A stretch of 64,000 nt of DNA from Paraspadella gotoi (taxonomy: Eukaryota > Animalia > Chaetognatha). Positions 48,437 to 62,303 of this stretch are shown here, in pieces. Each line of letters starts with the position of its first letter. Position 1 is the first letter of the stretch. The translations under genes were made by a program, and so were the position numbers. The stretch is from NCBI GenBank assembly GCA_051294375.1, contig CM119263.1, forward strand, positions 24,780,688-24,844,687. The letters run 5' to 3'. A model generated the notes under the pieces. The model worked only from the letters and a program-made list of their open reading frames with translations, ran no database searches and was not told where the DNA came from.

Positions 48437-50031
48437 CTACTCGTCTTCATCAACAATAATTCCATTTACATCTATTTTAATCTCTTGGTCGAAATATGAA
48501 ATAACATTTAAAATTAAGTTTTCTGATAGTGCGTTATCAAAACGTAGCTCCAAATCTAAACTTCCACCGAATGCAGTCTTCAAAGACGGTGTCAGGGTGG
48601 TCTCCGTCATCGCCCATTCGTCCGTCAGTACTGGGCTTAGATTGAACGTCAGAATAAAGAAATCGTTGGCATAAACTTTTTCGGTAATTGATCGAGCCTT
48701 CGCGCCGTAGCATCAAAGGAAATTCTGATACAACAATTTCATGTCCATCAAATGCGTCGACAAGTTTAGAGACCCATACAATTCGCACAGGGGATGGCGG
48801 GTTCCATTCACGTACAAACGAGCGCTTCGCAAGTCATGCTGTTGGTAACTAAAAAGCGCTGTCTGCGTGTTACCTAATTCGGCTTTCTCTCTAGTGAAAA
48901 ATATTGCTATAAAACGCGATAGCTTGGACCAATTAAAAATACTGTTAAGTCTAAAAATCTGAGAGTTGGCCAAGATCTGAAAGCTAACAAATTTAAACAA
49001 AGGTGTAGTTCTGATGATCGAATTCTGTTCTATTTTTGACAAATACATGTCTCTCAGTTGTGCACTCATGCTGGCCTGGTTGACGATTAGAAACATCTTA
49101 ATTATAACTATCTTGTAACTTTTCGTAGCTGCCTTGTCGTCATATATCAAAACCTTATTTGGATTTTCAAGTTCGAAGTCGAGGGTAAATGTATCCCTCA
49201 CTGGGAGAATGCAGTTCGTGGAGAAAAATTTGCACAACAGGCCGATGGGAAAGAGATAATTAAGTGGCCTTCTTATGCATTTTTTTAAAATGATGCTTCG
49301 AAGCCAAAGCCCTTCGTTTATGCTGGCTCTTTTTTCGTTTAATTTCACTATTTCCGCCTTTGTTCTACTGGGGGCCGCTTCTTTCTCGGCTGTGTCCACA
49401 ATCTGGCGGCCCGTTCCAAGCTGTTTGGTCACACAGTCACATTTCTGACATAAGCAGGTTACTATAGGGTCGATTAGACTGACATCAGAGCTCAAACCCG
49501 GTGTATCTGGTTGGTAGCCAACGCCAGAGAGTAATTGCTCTTTCTCTTCGGTGGAATAGCTAGTCATTAAACGGATGTAAGTTTTGTGCCTATTGAACGG
49601 AAAAAATCTCCCCTTTTCCATCCCCTATTGACTTATTTTTACTTGACGGAACATATTGATTGGGAAATATTGATTGACAGATAGTTCATCAGTCGCGTCG
49701 ATCACATTGCCATCTTCCCGATAGATTCTGATGCGAAGCCCGACTTTGCAAAACCGCAGAATCATCTATGCAACGCAAAATATAATATTTTGGCGAGATT
49801 GGTCAAATAAAGGAAAAAAATTAAACAGCGTGTAAATCAATAATTAATTACCTCGTTCGACAAATTTGCAGGGATTAAGAATCTGATAGTCTGGGTTTCC
49901 TGGGTAATGGGAGTAGTAGGGTGTACCATTATTTTGCTAAATCGTTCAAATGTCGCGTCTGTTGATTGCACGGCTGCCAACTTCGAATCGTCTAATACCA
50001 CAAGCTTACTCTTTGTAGAAACCGTCTCCAT
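48437..50031 (-). pseudogene. Major capsid protein, lineage B (intron 49851-49766; nonsense codons at 49625-49627 and 48713-48715)
   Basis: Frame is conserved against lineage A with many synonymous changes. TAG replaces Gln and TGA replaces Arg. Confidence 0.85.
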
Positions 50032-50101
50032 TTTACTGTTGTTATTTTAGTATGTTTAAACTAATATAAGAAATGTTAATATACAAGAATTACTAATTTA
50101 T

Positions 50102-50409
50102 TTAAAAACAGCAACAATGTCGAATTTTTCATTTGAATAATTTTTTTTTAATTTTATCAGAATTTTTTTCAACATTTTAAATAAAAACATTATCCAAAAA
50201 ATCAATTTCAATTTGAATTTCTTGCATTTTAAGTTGTAGCCCTTTCTTCTTGGCCAACAGCATTCAAATTTTGCGGTCTCTCCACTCCAACTCGGACTTG
50301 ACTTTTCCGTCAACCGATGTGTCAGAGCCACAACTCAATTGGTTGACCGAATAAAGACTTGTCCGAACCCCACGTCCCAATTCCCCCCCCTCCTTATGGT
50401 TTCCGCCAT
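50102..50409 (-). pseudogene. CCCF-tail protein, lineage B
   Basis: Homologous to 42735-43043 and ends RHCCCF-stop; internal frame disruption. Confidence 0.6.
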
Positions 50410-50464
50410 GGTGAATTAATAAATTATTTATAAATATAAGATTTTATATTTATCAAAATGATAA

Positions 50465-50800
50465 TTACAACTGCGTTGCCAGTGGCGTCGAAGATCGCAG
50501 TGGTGGGCCTATAAGTAGGGTCTCTCGGCTGAGGCGCAATTCTCGCTTATATATCAACGATTCCACCAAGTGCCTGTCGTGACTGTCCATAACTGCCCGG
50601 TACTCTTGATAGAGTTCCACAAGAACTGACTCGACTTCCTCCTTTCGTCTCTTCGCGTAGTTCAAATTCGCGACAAGAGAGACCAATTCTTTTCTCAGTT
50701 TCTCTATTTCACCCCTCCAACTTTGTAGTTCGTGTAACACATGAATGGGTAACTCATTTTTGAAAGCTAGTTCGAACATTTGCAATCGCACAGATTCCAT
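50465..50800 (-). CDS. Small coiled-coil protein, lineage B (111 aa)
   Basis: Intact paralog of 8914-9252. Confidence 0.75.
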   Translation of the reverse strand: MESVRLQMFELAFKNELPIHVLHELQSWRGEIEKLRKELVSLVANLNYAKRRKEEVESVLVELYQEYRAVMDSHDRHLVESLIYKRELRLSRETLLIGPPLRSSTPLATQL

Positions 50801-51065
50801 TTCAATTGGGTATTTCAAAAGAAAAAAACTTTAACACAACAATAAATATATATAATAATTTTGATCAAACATTAAAACGATAACAACGACAAACCGACTA
50901 AAATCTACAAAAAAAAAAAAAAATCACAGCCACAATGATGACAGAAAGAATTACTTAAGTATTATTCCAATTGATAACGAAAAAAATAGAAAAGCAAACA
51001 ATCTATCTGACAACGAAGCACGAATAACAAATGAAAAATAAACAAAAAAAAAAACTGAACAGTGT

Positions 51066-51176
51066 CTAAGGAAAAAAATATTTACATTTTTTTCTGCTTT
51101 TGCAGTGTTTGTGTTTTTCGTCGTCAATGAGATTGTCAATGGCCCTGGAAGCCATTTTGGCATCGACGACAAAGGC
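51066..51176 (-). pseudogene. C-terminal remnant of the polyQ/acidic protein, lineage B
   Basis: AFVVDAKMASRAIDNLIDDEKHKHCKSRKKCKYFFP. Homology stops abruptly at 51176. Confidence 0.7.
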
Positions 51177-51274
51177 TGAAGAGAAAAGGCCGAGACCGAC
51201 GGAGACGGCCAGATCTGACCCATTCGACCGATTGACCGATCGACCGGACAGGGACTGACCTGACTCTTTCTCCA

Positions 51275-51305
<31 letters not shown>

Positions 51306-52142
51306 CAAACTTTACTTGGACGAGACCAAACAAGACAGATTTAGATTCACTGGATCACATTTTAGAGAGACCGTCAACTACTTTCTTACAAAGTTTTCTA
51401 CTACGTTTTTACTGAAGATTCTACTACGATTTTATTGGATTCCTCTACAATTTATTGATTCATCTCGATTTGATCTCGATTTTCTCTACGGATTTTGTCT
51501 ACATTTTATTACATTTATTCACATTTATTCCCGCATTTCTTATTTTTCGACTTTTGAGCTTCAGTTTACAGAAACGTTTTGGGATACTTTCCGTCAGATA
51601 AGTTGCGACCAAGTGGACCATCCTCACCTCAAGAGGCGTAAAGAGCCAAGCTTCTCTACAGTAAGAAAGTATACATCGCCTCGGAAAGGTGAGTTGGTTT
51701 TGTGATTGTTTTTTGGATTGAACTAAATTTGTTTTCCAAGCTTGACAACGGAACCCTTTGAACCGGAAAACATCAATCCAAAAGGTGAGTCTGATCGATG
51801 ATTGATTGATTGATTGATTAATTGATTGATTGATTAGCTAATTGACCGATTGATTTTATTGATTAATGTATTGATTTATTGATTCGATTAGCTGATTTAG
51901 TGATTGATTATTCGATGAATTTATGATTGATTAATTGTTATTTTGTTTGCTTTGGTGCCGTCCCTCTCTGTTCAAAGTCTAATTTTTGTGATTCAAATTT
52001 GTTCAAAGGAATTTTTTAATTTTACGAATTAAATTTTCCGTCTAAGTGACTTTGCAATTTGATTATATACTGATTGATTGATTGATTGGAACTTCCCCTT
52101 GCTCTCTTTAATTGAAATTTTTTCTTTATTTCATATTGAACG

Positions 52143-53895
52143 ATGTCTTTCGCTGAACTCGAGGAGGAATACGCGCGCATCAACATGAATGATTTAACTC
52201 CCGAAGGATTGCATGACACCGTTGGCACCCTTTGCGGATTGATTGACAGCTATCTTCAAGCCAAAACTCCTGAAGCCATCACTGCCATCGAAGAAATGAA
52301 GTTTCTAGTCAATCAAAAGATTGGTCAAATCAGGATGATTCAAGGTAGTTATCCCCCGGGATCCATCCAACACGGGATGCTTAATAAGAGCGTCAACATG
52401 GCTAATATCACAGTCCGTAAGCGTCGTAATGTGCCACCTCCCAAGAGAACCGAAGTGAATGAAGAGCAAGGAAAGAATGATGATACTGAGACGGCACCGA
52501 AAGAAACGCATGATGCCACTGAGGAAGCTGAGGCGTTGATTGATGGGTATTTTGACGCCATGAATGATGTTCAACAGAATGATGTTTCTGAGGATGAAGA
52601 CTCCGGCCCTGAGTACGAGATACAAGGCCCATCTAGGACAAGAGAGATGTCGTGGGATGATCAAACGTTCCGTAACTTTGAGCAAGGACAACAAGAACTG
52701 ACTCTGATCAAAGAAGAAAAGAAGAAACAAGAAGAAAGATATAACCAGGAAATCGAAAAAAGAAAAGTAGAAATGGAAAAAGAGATGGAAAAAGAGATGC
52801 TCCAGATGAATGAAATTAAGAACAAGGCTATGAAAGATATCAACGAAGAAATTGAAAGAAAAGCTCAATTGTATAATGAGGCTTGTACCGTGCTTGGGAC
52901 CAACGCAACTACAAGCACCATAAAAAGGGAACGCCGGACTTCCTCTGCTGAGAATGGTGATTTGAAGAATGAAATGGATGAATTAAGAAGAGCAATAAGG
53001 AGTATCAACGAACGTCTATCGATAACGGAAACGGTCAAAGATAAGGCTATGGTCGAAGTAGAAGATTGCTGCGTCAAACACGAAGAAGATCTAAGAAGGC
53101 AGGAAAGAAGAATACGTCGACTGGAAAATTCAGTTCAAGAACTTACTCAACAATTGAATAGAGAAAGAAACAGGCGAGTAAGCTTTGGAGGTACTACAAC
53201 TCGTGATGTCACTCCGAACCCGGTCCCTCCAACTCCCGAATCTGCTCCAATCGTCACTCCTGCTCCTGCCCCAACTCCGACTGTTGCAGCAACTTCTTTC
53301 GACGACTCCATTATGGGACAATGGGTCAAACAACAAAAGAAGGACTCCATGCTCAGAACGGTGGAACAGGGAAGGCCCAAAAAGCTTTTCTCTGGTGAGA
53401 ATGTACCTTCAGGACCTGTATTTGAAATGCATATGAGAGCGTATGAAAGAGTGATGGAACAGGCCGAGGCTACAGATAGGGTCAAATTACAAGAACTGAA
53501 CCACTGGTTTACCGGACTAGCTGAGATGAAACTCAACAAATTTATTGTAAAAAAAGATAATTACGATGAAAACATCAAGGATGCTCTGGAAACCCTCTGG
53601 AAGGAATACGGTAAGAAAAATGCAAGCATCCATGACATGTTGAAAGAGGTGTTGAGCAAACCGAAGATCAATTCCGGGAACCGAGTGGAACTGGACAAAC
53701 TGACAACCGAACTAGAGAACATCAAGGCCCTAGCTGAACAAAACGGCAAAGGCAAAGAATTGGACAGGGACACGGTGATTAACGAGATCTTGGAGACCTG
53801 CTGCGACTTCTTGAAGACCAACTTCGCGAAAAAGGACGCCGACCACCAATATGATCATGGAAAAAGGCTGAAATTCGACGACTTCATTGTTTATT
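52143..53895 (+). CDS. BEL/Pao gag, N-terminal coiled-coil and capsid-like (DUF1759-like) region; runs into gap
   Basis: Long ORF with FSGE...KLQELNHWFTGLAE...ALETLWKEYG, typical of the Pao gag core. Confidence 0.75.
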
Positions 53896-54628
53896 NNNNN
53901 NNNNNNNNNNNNNNNNNNNNNNNNNNNNNNNNNNNNNNNNNNNNNNNNNNNNNNNNNNNNNNNNNNNNNNNNNNNNNNNNNNNNNNNNNNNNNNNNNNNN
54001 NNNNNNNNNNNNNNNNNNNNNNNNNNNNNNNNNNNNNNNNNNNNNNNNNNNNNNNNNNNNNNNNNNNNNNNNNNNNNNNNNNNNNNNNNNNNNNNNNNNN
54101 NNNNNNNNNNNNNNNNNNNNNNNNNNNNNNNNNNNNNNNNNNNNNNNNNNNNNNNNNNNNNNNNNNNNNNNNNNNNNNNNNNNNNNNNNNNNNNNNNNNN
54201 NNNNNNNNNNNNCTGTCAAGTCTTCAAGGGCTTCTAAGGGATCACCACCTCCACCCTCTCGTCCATCTTGAAAGGTGAAAGTTGAAGAAACGAATGTTGC
54301 TTTGAATCATGTGAGTGATGTGATGGATAGATGCTNNNNNNNNNNNNNNNNNNNNNNNNNNNNNNNNNNNNNNNNNNNNNNNNNNNNNNNNNNNNNNNNN
54401 NNNNNNNNNNNNNNNNNNNNNNNNNNNNNNNNNNNNNNNNNNNNNNNNNNNNNNNNNNNNNNNNNNNNNNNNNNNNNNNNNNNNNNNNNNNNNNNNNNNN
54501 NNNNNNNNNNNNNNNNNNNNNNNNNNNNNNNNNNNNNNNNNNNNNNNNNNNTGTTTGGATAAAAATCATATGGCAAAACAATGCACTGAACTCCAAGACA
54601 GGACCCCATGACATATGNNNNNNNNNNA

Positions 54629-55689
54629 AGCTGAAGCAAATGACCAAGTCAAGTTACAAGAATTAAACCATTGGTTCACCGGATTGGCCGAGATGAAACT
54701 CAACAAATTTATTGTGAAAAAAGATAATTACGATGAAAACATCAAGGATGCTCTGGAAACCCTCTGGAAGGTATACGGTAAGAAAAATGCAAGCATCCAT
54801 GACATGTTGAAAGAGGTGTTGAGCAAACCGAAGATTAATTCCGGGAACCGAGTGGAACTGGACAAACTGAAAACCGAACTAGAGAACATCAAGGCCCTAG
54901 CTGAACAAAACGGCAAAGAATTGGACAGGGACACGGTGATCAACGAGATCTTGGAGACCCGCTGCGACTTCTTGAAGACCGACTTCGCGAAAAAGGACGC
55001 CGACCACCAATACGATCATGGAAAAAAGCTAAACTTCGACGACTTCATCGCTTACCTCAAGAAAAGAATCATTTACGAAAAGGGCGCCTACGCCAAACAA
55101 AAGAAGGTCACGGTCGACGTCGCCGCCATCAACGTCAACGAATCTCTTCCGAATTCCAACGGCGGGGGTAAAGCAACGACGATCAAGTCTTCAAGGGTTT
55201 CTCAGGGATCACCACCTCCACCCTCTCGTCCATCTCGAAAGGTGAAAGTTGAAGAAACGAACGTTGCTTTGAATCATGTGAGTGATGTGATGGATAGATG
55301 CTGCCCTTGCTGTAATGAATGGCACTACTTGGAAACATGTTCAACTTTTAAGAAACTTCCAAAGGATGGAAAGATTGATGTAATGAAACGAAATGGTTTG
55401 TGTTTTAGATGTTTGGATAAGAATCATATGGCAAAACAATGCACTGAACCTAAAGAGGCTTGTATGGTTTGTTACGGGTCTCATCATACTATTATGCATG
55501 ATGCTACATCCTTTACTCCAAGGCAGGACCCCACGACATACGCTAAAGTGGTAGCATCATCACCGGCTCGAACCCCGAATCGACCACCACCGAGAAACAC
55601 CAGCCTCAACATGACGCCACTCACTGCTGCTGCTGCAAGGACGCCACCATCGCCAAACACTTCGTCGACGCGACCGGCTACAGCGCCTC
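54629..55689 (+). CDS. BEL/Pao gag, C-terminal region with three zinc knuckles (partly duplicates 53462-53895)
   Basis: CPCCNEWHYLETC...GLCFRCLDKNHMAKQC...CMVCYGSHHTIMH. Confidence 0.85.
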
Positions 55690-58600
55690 NNNNNNNNNNN
55701 NNNNNNNNNNNNNNCGATGAGGAACTCCGACAAAAGTTCCAACGCCTCGTCATTCCATCTACCTCTTTCAATCGTGGAACGAATGATTTTCACAAGTTGC
55801 CTTTAGAGTGAATCTATCCGCGTTGGCCTCCGCGATGTTTTCTTCCGTCGGGGCGGCTTTGGCGCGATCGTACGAAATCGCTTGAGCCTCCACCACCTGT
55901 CGACGTTGAGGTTCTGAAGGAAGACGTTGCATTCCTGAGGGGCGGGCTCGTCGGGAATGAGCATGTCCGCCGTGAAGAAGGTTGTCGATATCTCGGATGG
56001 CTAAGTTTGGGAGAGGGTATCAGCCGGCCGTCTTGAAGTCGTCGATGTCTTCCTCTTTCGCCGCACTAGAGCGAGCTTGATCTCGTCTTACAAACGAGGG
56101 CGAAGTCCACAAAAGACGCCGAAGGGGAGTTCCTTGAAGGCTTCGGCACTCGAGCTTCTCGACGTATTTTTGATTGCTGGCGCGCTTATTCTTCCCGTTC
56201 CTATTCGTCCGCCGGGATGGCATAAAAGACGGCGTTGAAGTCGAAGGAAGGCTTCGCGAAGATCGGTGGCAGCCGACAAACGCAAAGACGAAGAAATAAA
56301 ACAAGTCGAAACCGGACTTCAATCTCACTGCCAGTTTCGAGAAGGAGCGGCGATGCACAATCCGTCGACGTGTCCAAAATTACGCCGACGGCGTCGTCGC
56401 TAGTCCGAGGATCCCTAATCGCAATGAAAGCAGTCCCGAAGGCGCCGCCGGATCCTTACGTCCGTCGAAGGCGTTGCAAGGGCCTTCGATTGATGGAAAC
56501 GTCGACTCGTTCGACACCTAGAGATCGACGCAGGTGGATCTTCTTCCGGGAGTCCGCAAACTCCGCCGAGGATTAAGAGAGCCTTCGACGAAGCACTTGA
56601 GCAGGTGTCCGCAAAGAAGAACTTCTAAATGTTATTGAACTAAGTTTCTGAAGCCATATTAAACAAAAAGAGATGCTTCTCTTCATAGAAAAGTCCACAA
56701 AACCAAGCGATCCAACGAAAAAATAAGATTCCGAGATATCTGATAAGAGTCTAAATGCTCTGAAAGAGAACTAAAAACCCAGTGAACACTTGAGATCTGA
56801 AGATGCCACGCTCGGCTAGATTCGATAAATCTTAATCGAAATCTATCGAAATCACGGGCACCAATCAGAATCAGCTGTACACTGCCTTCGGAATTCTGTA
56901 CTTAGGTATAAACAAAAGAGAAAGCCTAAAAGATGTCGTGTCGATCGCTAGAAGGTGGCATTTTCGATGTCAGTAATAAAGAGCAAAAGAGCAAACGGGG
57001 AAAAGGTAGAGAAGCGGATTTCCTCGAATATTAAAGATAGTTATTTCGTACACCCTTTATTTTCCCCTCGTCATAATGGTCATTGCCAATGCCACATTGC
57101 AGTCAGCAATGACGTTTCAACCAGCCAAAGCAACTTTGGTCTCGGGATCCGCGACATTGACTGTGAGGATCAAAAGTCAAGGTTCGTCGAACAAATCAGT
57201 GATGGTGGAGCGCAGTGTTCACATACCTGCTCGTCGTGAAGCTGCTCAAGAATCCTCACAACGAAAGGCGTTAGAATTATATATGTTTCTTTCACAACAT
57301 GATTAACATAATCCTTAGAAAGCGACCATTTCTTTTCCGTCTTTTTCATCTGCTTCTGAATGAGCAATCAGAGACGAGATTTTCTAAGGAAGAGCGGAGG
57401 CCAGAGAAAGAAGAGAAAGAGAGGTCTTAAACTTAACATCGAGAAATTATAATCCTACTTTCTATCAGATGGGTTTTCTTTTAAAACCCCAATTCTTTTA
57501 AAACCCCGATTCGTGAAAATCCTGCGTCAATCCCTCCCTTTTTCCTACCCCCTTAACCCACCCCTCCTACCCACCTTAAACCACTCTCACCTTACCGCAC
57601 CTCCACGCCACACCCTTACTACCCCGATTCTTGAAATGGTTTAAATCGAATTCCGCCTTTCAAAGATTTCGAGAGCGAGAAGGTTAAATTTCCCCCATTA
57701 TTTTGGAAGGTTTTTTTTAGGCGAAAAAAACATTTTCTTTTTCCATTGTTCTTTCTTTTTTTTTCTTTTTTTTTCTTTCCCTTCTTTTCTTTTTCCTTTG
57801 TTCTTTTCTTTTTTTATATTTTTTTTCGTTTCTTTTTACTTCAAAATATTTTTCCTTTTCGGTTATTTTTTTATTGCTCTTTTTTCTCTTTCTTTTTTTT
57901 TCCTTTCCTTTCCTTTTTTCCTTTGTCCCGTTTCACTCGTGATCAGGCGCTGATGGGTGAGATGAAGACAAAGTTTTAACCGATGCTTTCGCTACGTGAG
58001 TACGTGACTGAGAAAAAACATATAACACGGGTGATATTTAGTTTATAAAAGATTAGTTAAAAATACTCGACATAGCATGAACTGATAATTTTGGTAAAAC
58101 GTGTTTTAGCGGAATTTTATATTAAATTGGTTTTCTCTCTTTTTTCTCTCTCTCTCTTTCTCTCTTCTTTCTCTTCTCTCTCTCTCTCATCTCTCTCTTC
58201 TCTCTCTCTTCTTCTCTCTCTCTCGGTTTCGCTCTCCGCTGAAGGGGTAAAGGAAGAAAAATGAGTCCATACTATCTTTCAAAAATGACTCAGATTTGTC
58301 CATATATAATGTCGTTGAAATGTGATTAAGATTAAAAACCTGAAGAAATAAAAATATCACAAGCGATTCTTTTCTTTGTTATCTAATTTTTTTTTTAAAT
58401 TTCGTTCATTTATACTTTCGATTATATTATATAGTTTTTTCTTTCTTTGCTAAACTATAAACTTATCTTGTCTTGTCTTTCTTTCTTTCTCGCATAGCCT
58501 GTCTTTCCTGTTCTTGTCTTCTTCTTGTCTTTTCTTTCTTTCTGTGATCTCTTTCTTTCTTTTCTTTTCTTTTTCTTATCTTTTCTTTCTTTGCTCACTC

Positions 58601-61600
58601 TCTCTTGTCTATCTTTTCATATCTCATTCATTCATCTATTTCATATTTAGTATTCATCTAGAACATTGTTGTTGCTAATCGAAATCTTTTGTCTACATTT
58701 TTTTACGTAATTCGCGAGCTTAAAAATCTTAATCAATTAATGTTCATTTTTTCGTTAGTGGTCGTCTCAGCAACATCCTCGGGCATTGCCGTCAGCTCGA
58801 TTTGCGGGCTAATTCTATGTCGACATGTGTTTCATCGGTTGAAAGCATAGGATCGACAGGACGCTCCGTATCCGCCGCAGCACGGATGACGACGACGCAG
58901 AAGGAATCGGGATTTGACGCCCAACCTGTCCTTCAGCTGCAAACCATCCCGACGACGACTACGTTGCGTCCAACCCGACCATTATCGTCCCCTCCACCGG
59001 CTCTAGAAGATGACGTCGAATCAGCAACGTCCGTTATTTTCCTGTTTGACGCCGTTTCGGCATTGACGGATGATCAGCGCACAGAGAGAAATATCAACTT
59101 CACTCATGCAACTATCGACAACGAAGATGTGGATGCGTTAGCCCAGGAGTTGCCAGCCGGGTCTGGCGCTTTGCTCAGCATCGCAGCACGGCCTGCCGCG
59201 GCATCTCCAGGGACGACGTCGCCAATTACATCTGGATCGACGAGAGAACAGAGTCTTCAATCAAACATCAATCTTGTCGCCAACGAGAATTCAAATGGTA
59301 GCTCGATTATTGATGAAGCGTCTCGCGTCGGCGTCGATGGAAGTGCGCAGGATTTGTGTTTAGTTTCGACTCTTCATGGAGCATCAGATAGATTGAGAGA
59401 GTTGCGTGAATCAGCGCGAGAAAAGAACGATTGAATTCCCTCCGCTGCCGCCGCCGTAAGCAAAGTCGGACGAGAATGGAAAGAATTGAGAGAAGAAGTG
59501 AAGATTTGCATTAGCCACGCCTACAGCAGTGCGCACGGAAAGATGTCTACTAATCCATAGACTGACCGCAATTCCATCATGCAAACATCAACTGCGTCGC
59601 ACGTCGAGAGCTTAAGTGATCAGGCTCAGCTACTGCTCGCTTCGGCTACGTCATTGAATGCGTGACGAGACGTCTCAGCTCGTCAACTCACTACCTGACT
59701 CTACTCACTCCTATATACCGCTTCATCGGTACACTATCATCACACAATCCAGTATACATCCGTAGACATATCACTGCTCCCATGTGAGCAAATCGCCGGT
59801 CACGTCTCATCAAAGTCGGCCGTCAATGCGTTCGACAGCACCGTCGATCATCAATCGTTCGGAAACCGGGAACCTGGACTGCGAGATCGGACGGCGCGGG
59901 ACCGTTGACACCGCGGACCGATGCGCTTTCGCGGCCGTGCCGCTGCACGCCAAGTCCGCCAATCTCTATTGCCACATGGTAATTCTCTTGCGCACGGCAG
60001 ATAAAAGCGAGGGCGAACAACTCTTCAATCAGAAGCAATTCGTCCGTCCTACTGAGGCCGCTGCAAGAGACACGAGCCGGAGTGAAATCCTTCTTAACCC
60101 CCTCCAAGTTCCACGGCCCTCCTGCCTGCGAGCGTTCTTGCCGCTGCGGCGCTTGACCGCCGAAACACGCCGTCGGCATCATCCAATTCGAACGAGACCG
60201 TCATCTCAGCACGAACATTTTGCGCTTCAAACGGTTATCTGCTCGCCCGATCAAGCACGAATCCCAAACGGCTCATCCTTTCGATCGCGGCGCCACGTTC
60301 GGAGGTCAACGCCTGTCGCACTCTCGGCGCCCGCTCCCTGCCCAATGCGCGACGCAGGGCTTTCTCTTGGAGATTCCGATACGCTCAAACACGCTCGTCC
60401 TTACAAACTGTCTATCCAGTCAGCCACACGGCGCTCAAGATACCATGCCTGCGGCTCTCACGTGTCACCTCGGGTGAGACTCTTAGCTTACCTGGAGCAC
60501 GAACACTATAATATTTACGTCGCGTTGCCGCGTGGAGGGCGCTACGGATCCAATGAAGCGCGATATATATATAAGAGGAGATCGTTTCGACTCTCACGCT
60601 CAGCCTGCGGTGTCTCTGCCGTCTCGAAGCACCGATCTATCGCCAGCGCTATGATCCATCGAACGATTACTACACATTCGTGCTCAGTGATCGTACGACT
60701 GTACCTCCGACTACACTACGCCGGCTGTACATCTCCTCTGACGATACGACCTCCCATAAGCCGTTCTCAAGACGAATGGGGAATGAGCGCGACGACGGCC
60801 GGAGAAATGATGAACAGATATCCTCGCGCCCAAAGCTCGATCGAAAGGACTCAGCGGGTCATCATGGTCTTTGTCACTTTGCAGCAGGTGTACGACCTCG
60901 CGAAGGAGACGGACCGACTCGCAGACCTCGAACCGTGCGGCCGTCATGGTGGATCTGCTCGCCAAACGGATCCCACACTTCAGTAGGCTGGCGCAACAAA
61001 AAATGGTCTATTTTAAGCACTAGTAAGATCTGATATCGTCCATTCTACTTATGATCGATATTTACTCTCATCTATATGACTTCATATAACTCAAGTGATA
61101 AAGCTTTATATATACGACGGCCGAAAAAATGGGAAGCATCCCGCTGAATGCGCTACGAGCAAGAGCGAGGATCGGCGGCGAGTCAAACGCGTCGCATCAG
61201 CGTCAAATCATCGCTGAAGAAAGAAAATCGCTTCGGTGGCCCGCTCAGCCGTTCCTGCATCAAAACAGGACGACGCGTCTTCTAAAGTCGCGTCGGTCGT
61301 CCACGCCGGGCATCGAGAACTTTCTATTGCCATGCTCACATTTGCAAGAGAACGCCACTATTCTTGCATCAGTGCGAGAAACTAATTCAGACGTATAGTG
61401 GCCCGCACGGATCGTTCGGAAAACTGTTGCCGTCTCTCAAGCCCGCTGCTTCAAACTGCTTGGGGAAAGCGGTCATCGTGTCGAAAATGCCCTGACAAAG
61501 GAGCGTGCTGCTTTGCGACAAAAATCATCATCCGCTCCTCCATTCAGACGGTTTTGAGCCCCGTCGAAGATGCGGGGATTTTCAAAAGTATCTTCAGCAA

Positions 61601-62303
61601 TTCCACATCAAAGACACAGCGGAGAATCTACGAGTCTGCGCGCCGCCAGCCAAAGAATCTTCGGACCGGCGCGTGTGTTAAGCTACGTTGACTTTGCTGT
61701 TTTAGTCGCCGAGCGGGGGCGCGTTTCCGCCGCGGCGCGCCCCATCGCATCTCGGACGTCGTTCGAGCAACGACAGTTCACTTGTTTATTTGGATATAGG
61801 GAGATATTGCGTTTTTTTGTTTTAAAATATCCGTATTTACAAAGTGAGTAAAAATCAGCTTAGTCTCGTTAAAATATTTTTTCTCGGCTCTGAGTCTACA
61901 CTCCCTAGCCAAAGGTGGAAAAATTGAAGATTTCTTCAGTTGACGACGTTAAGTGCTCCACGGCAGGAGCTACGATAGTCTCGATGCTTGCGCTGTGCGC
62001 GACGTTCTGCAGTTTGGTACGACGCTCAATGCGCGAGAAAAGATTTCTCTTTTTTATTCATCTCGTGGAAGACGAGAATCGAATTTGCCGCGGTAGAAAG
62101 TTTCCTTCTCTACAAAGATGCCGGGACCGTCGACGATCAATCGGCACATGGGGTCGTCGAGCCCGCGGAAATTCATTGACAACCTGACTTCCGTATCGAT
62201 GTCGACAACGTGCAGCTCAGCCTGCCAACATCTCCTTGATCACAGGCGGTCGTGTGCTTCGATCGGTTATTCTTCTCTGACAGCTTTCCCATTAGACAGC
62301 TTC

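Larger units (their letters stand above)
51177..55689 (+). mobile_element. BEL/Pao LTR retrotransposon, 5' portion (putative LTR/leader plus gag; pol not seen)
   Basis: Starts with TG exactly where viral homology ends. About 1 kb of non-coding leader is followed by a gag with the BEL/Pao triple Cys/His cluster. Confidence 0.75.

Noticed and set aside
1-51176. Integrase, packaging ATPase, cysteine protease and penton expected of a canonical Polinton
   Set aside because: No motifs were recognised in the window. They may lie outside it, in gaps, or be too divergent, so absence is not claimed for the whole element.
55735-56870. Possible second retroelement on the - strand (TGGTGCCCGTGA PBS-like sequence near 56852-56863)
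   Set aside because: No LTR end, gag knuckle or pol motif could be recognised.
58802-60986. 210-aa and 400-aa ORFs; faint HECT-like impression near 60520-60570
   Set aside because: No convincing motif. The translation looks like a frame-scrambled GC-rich sequence and cannot be assigned without a search.
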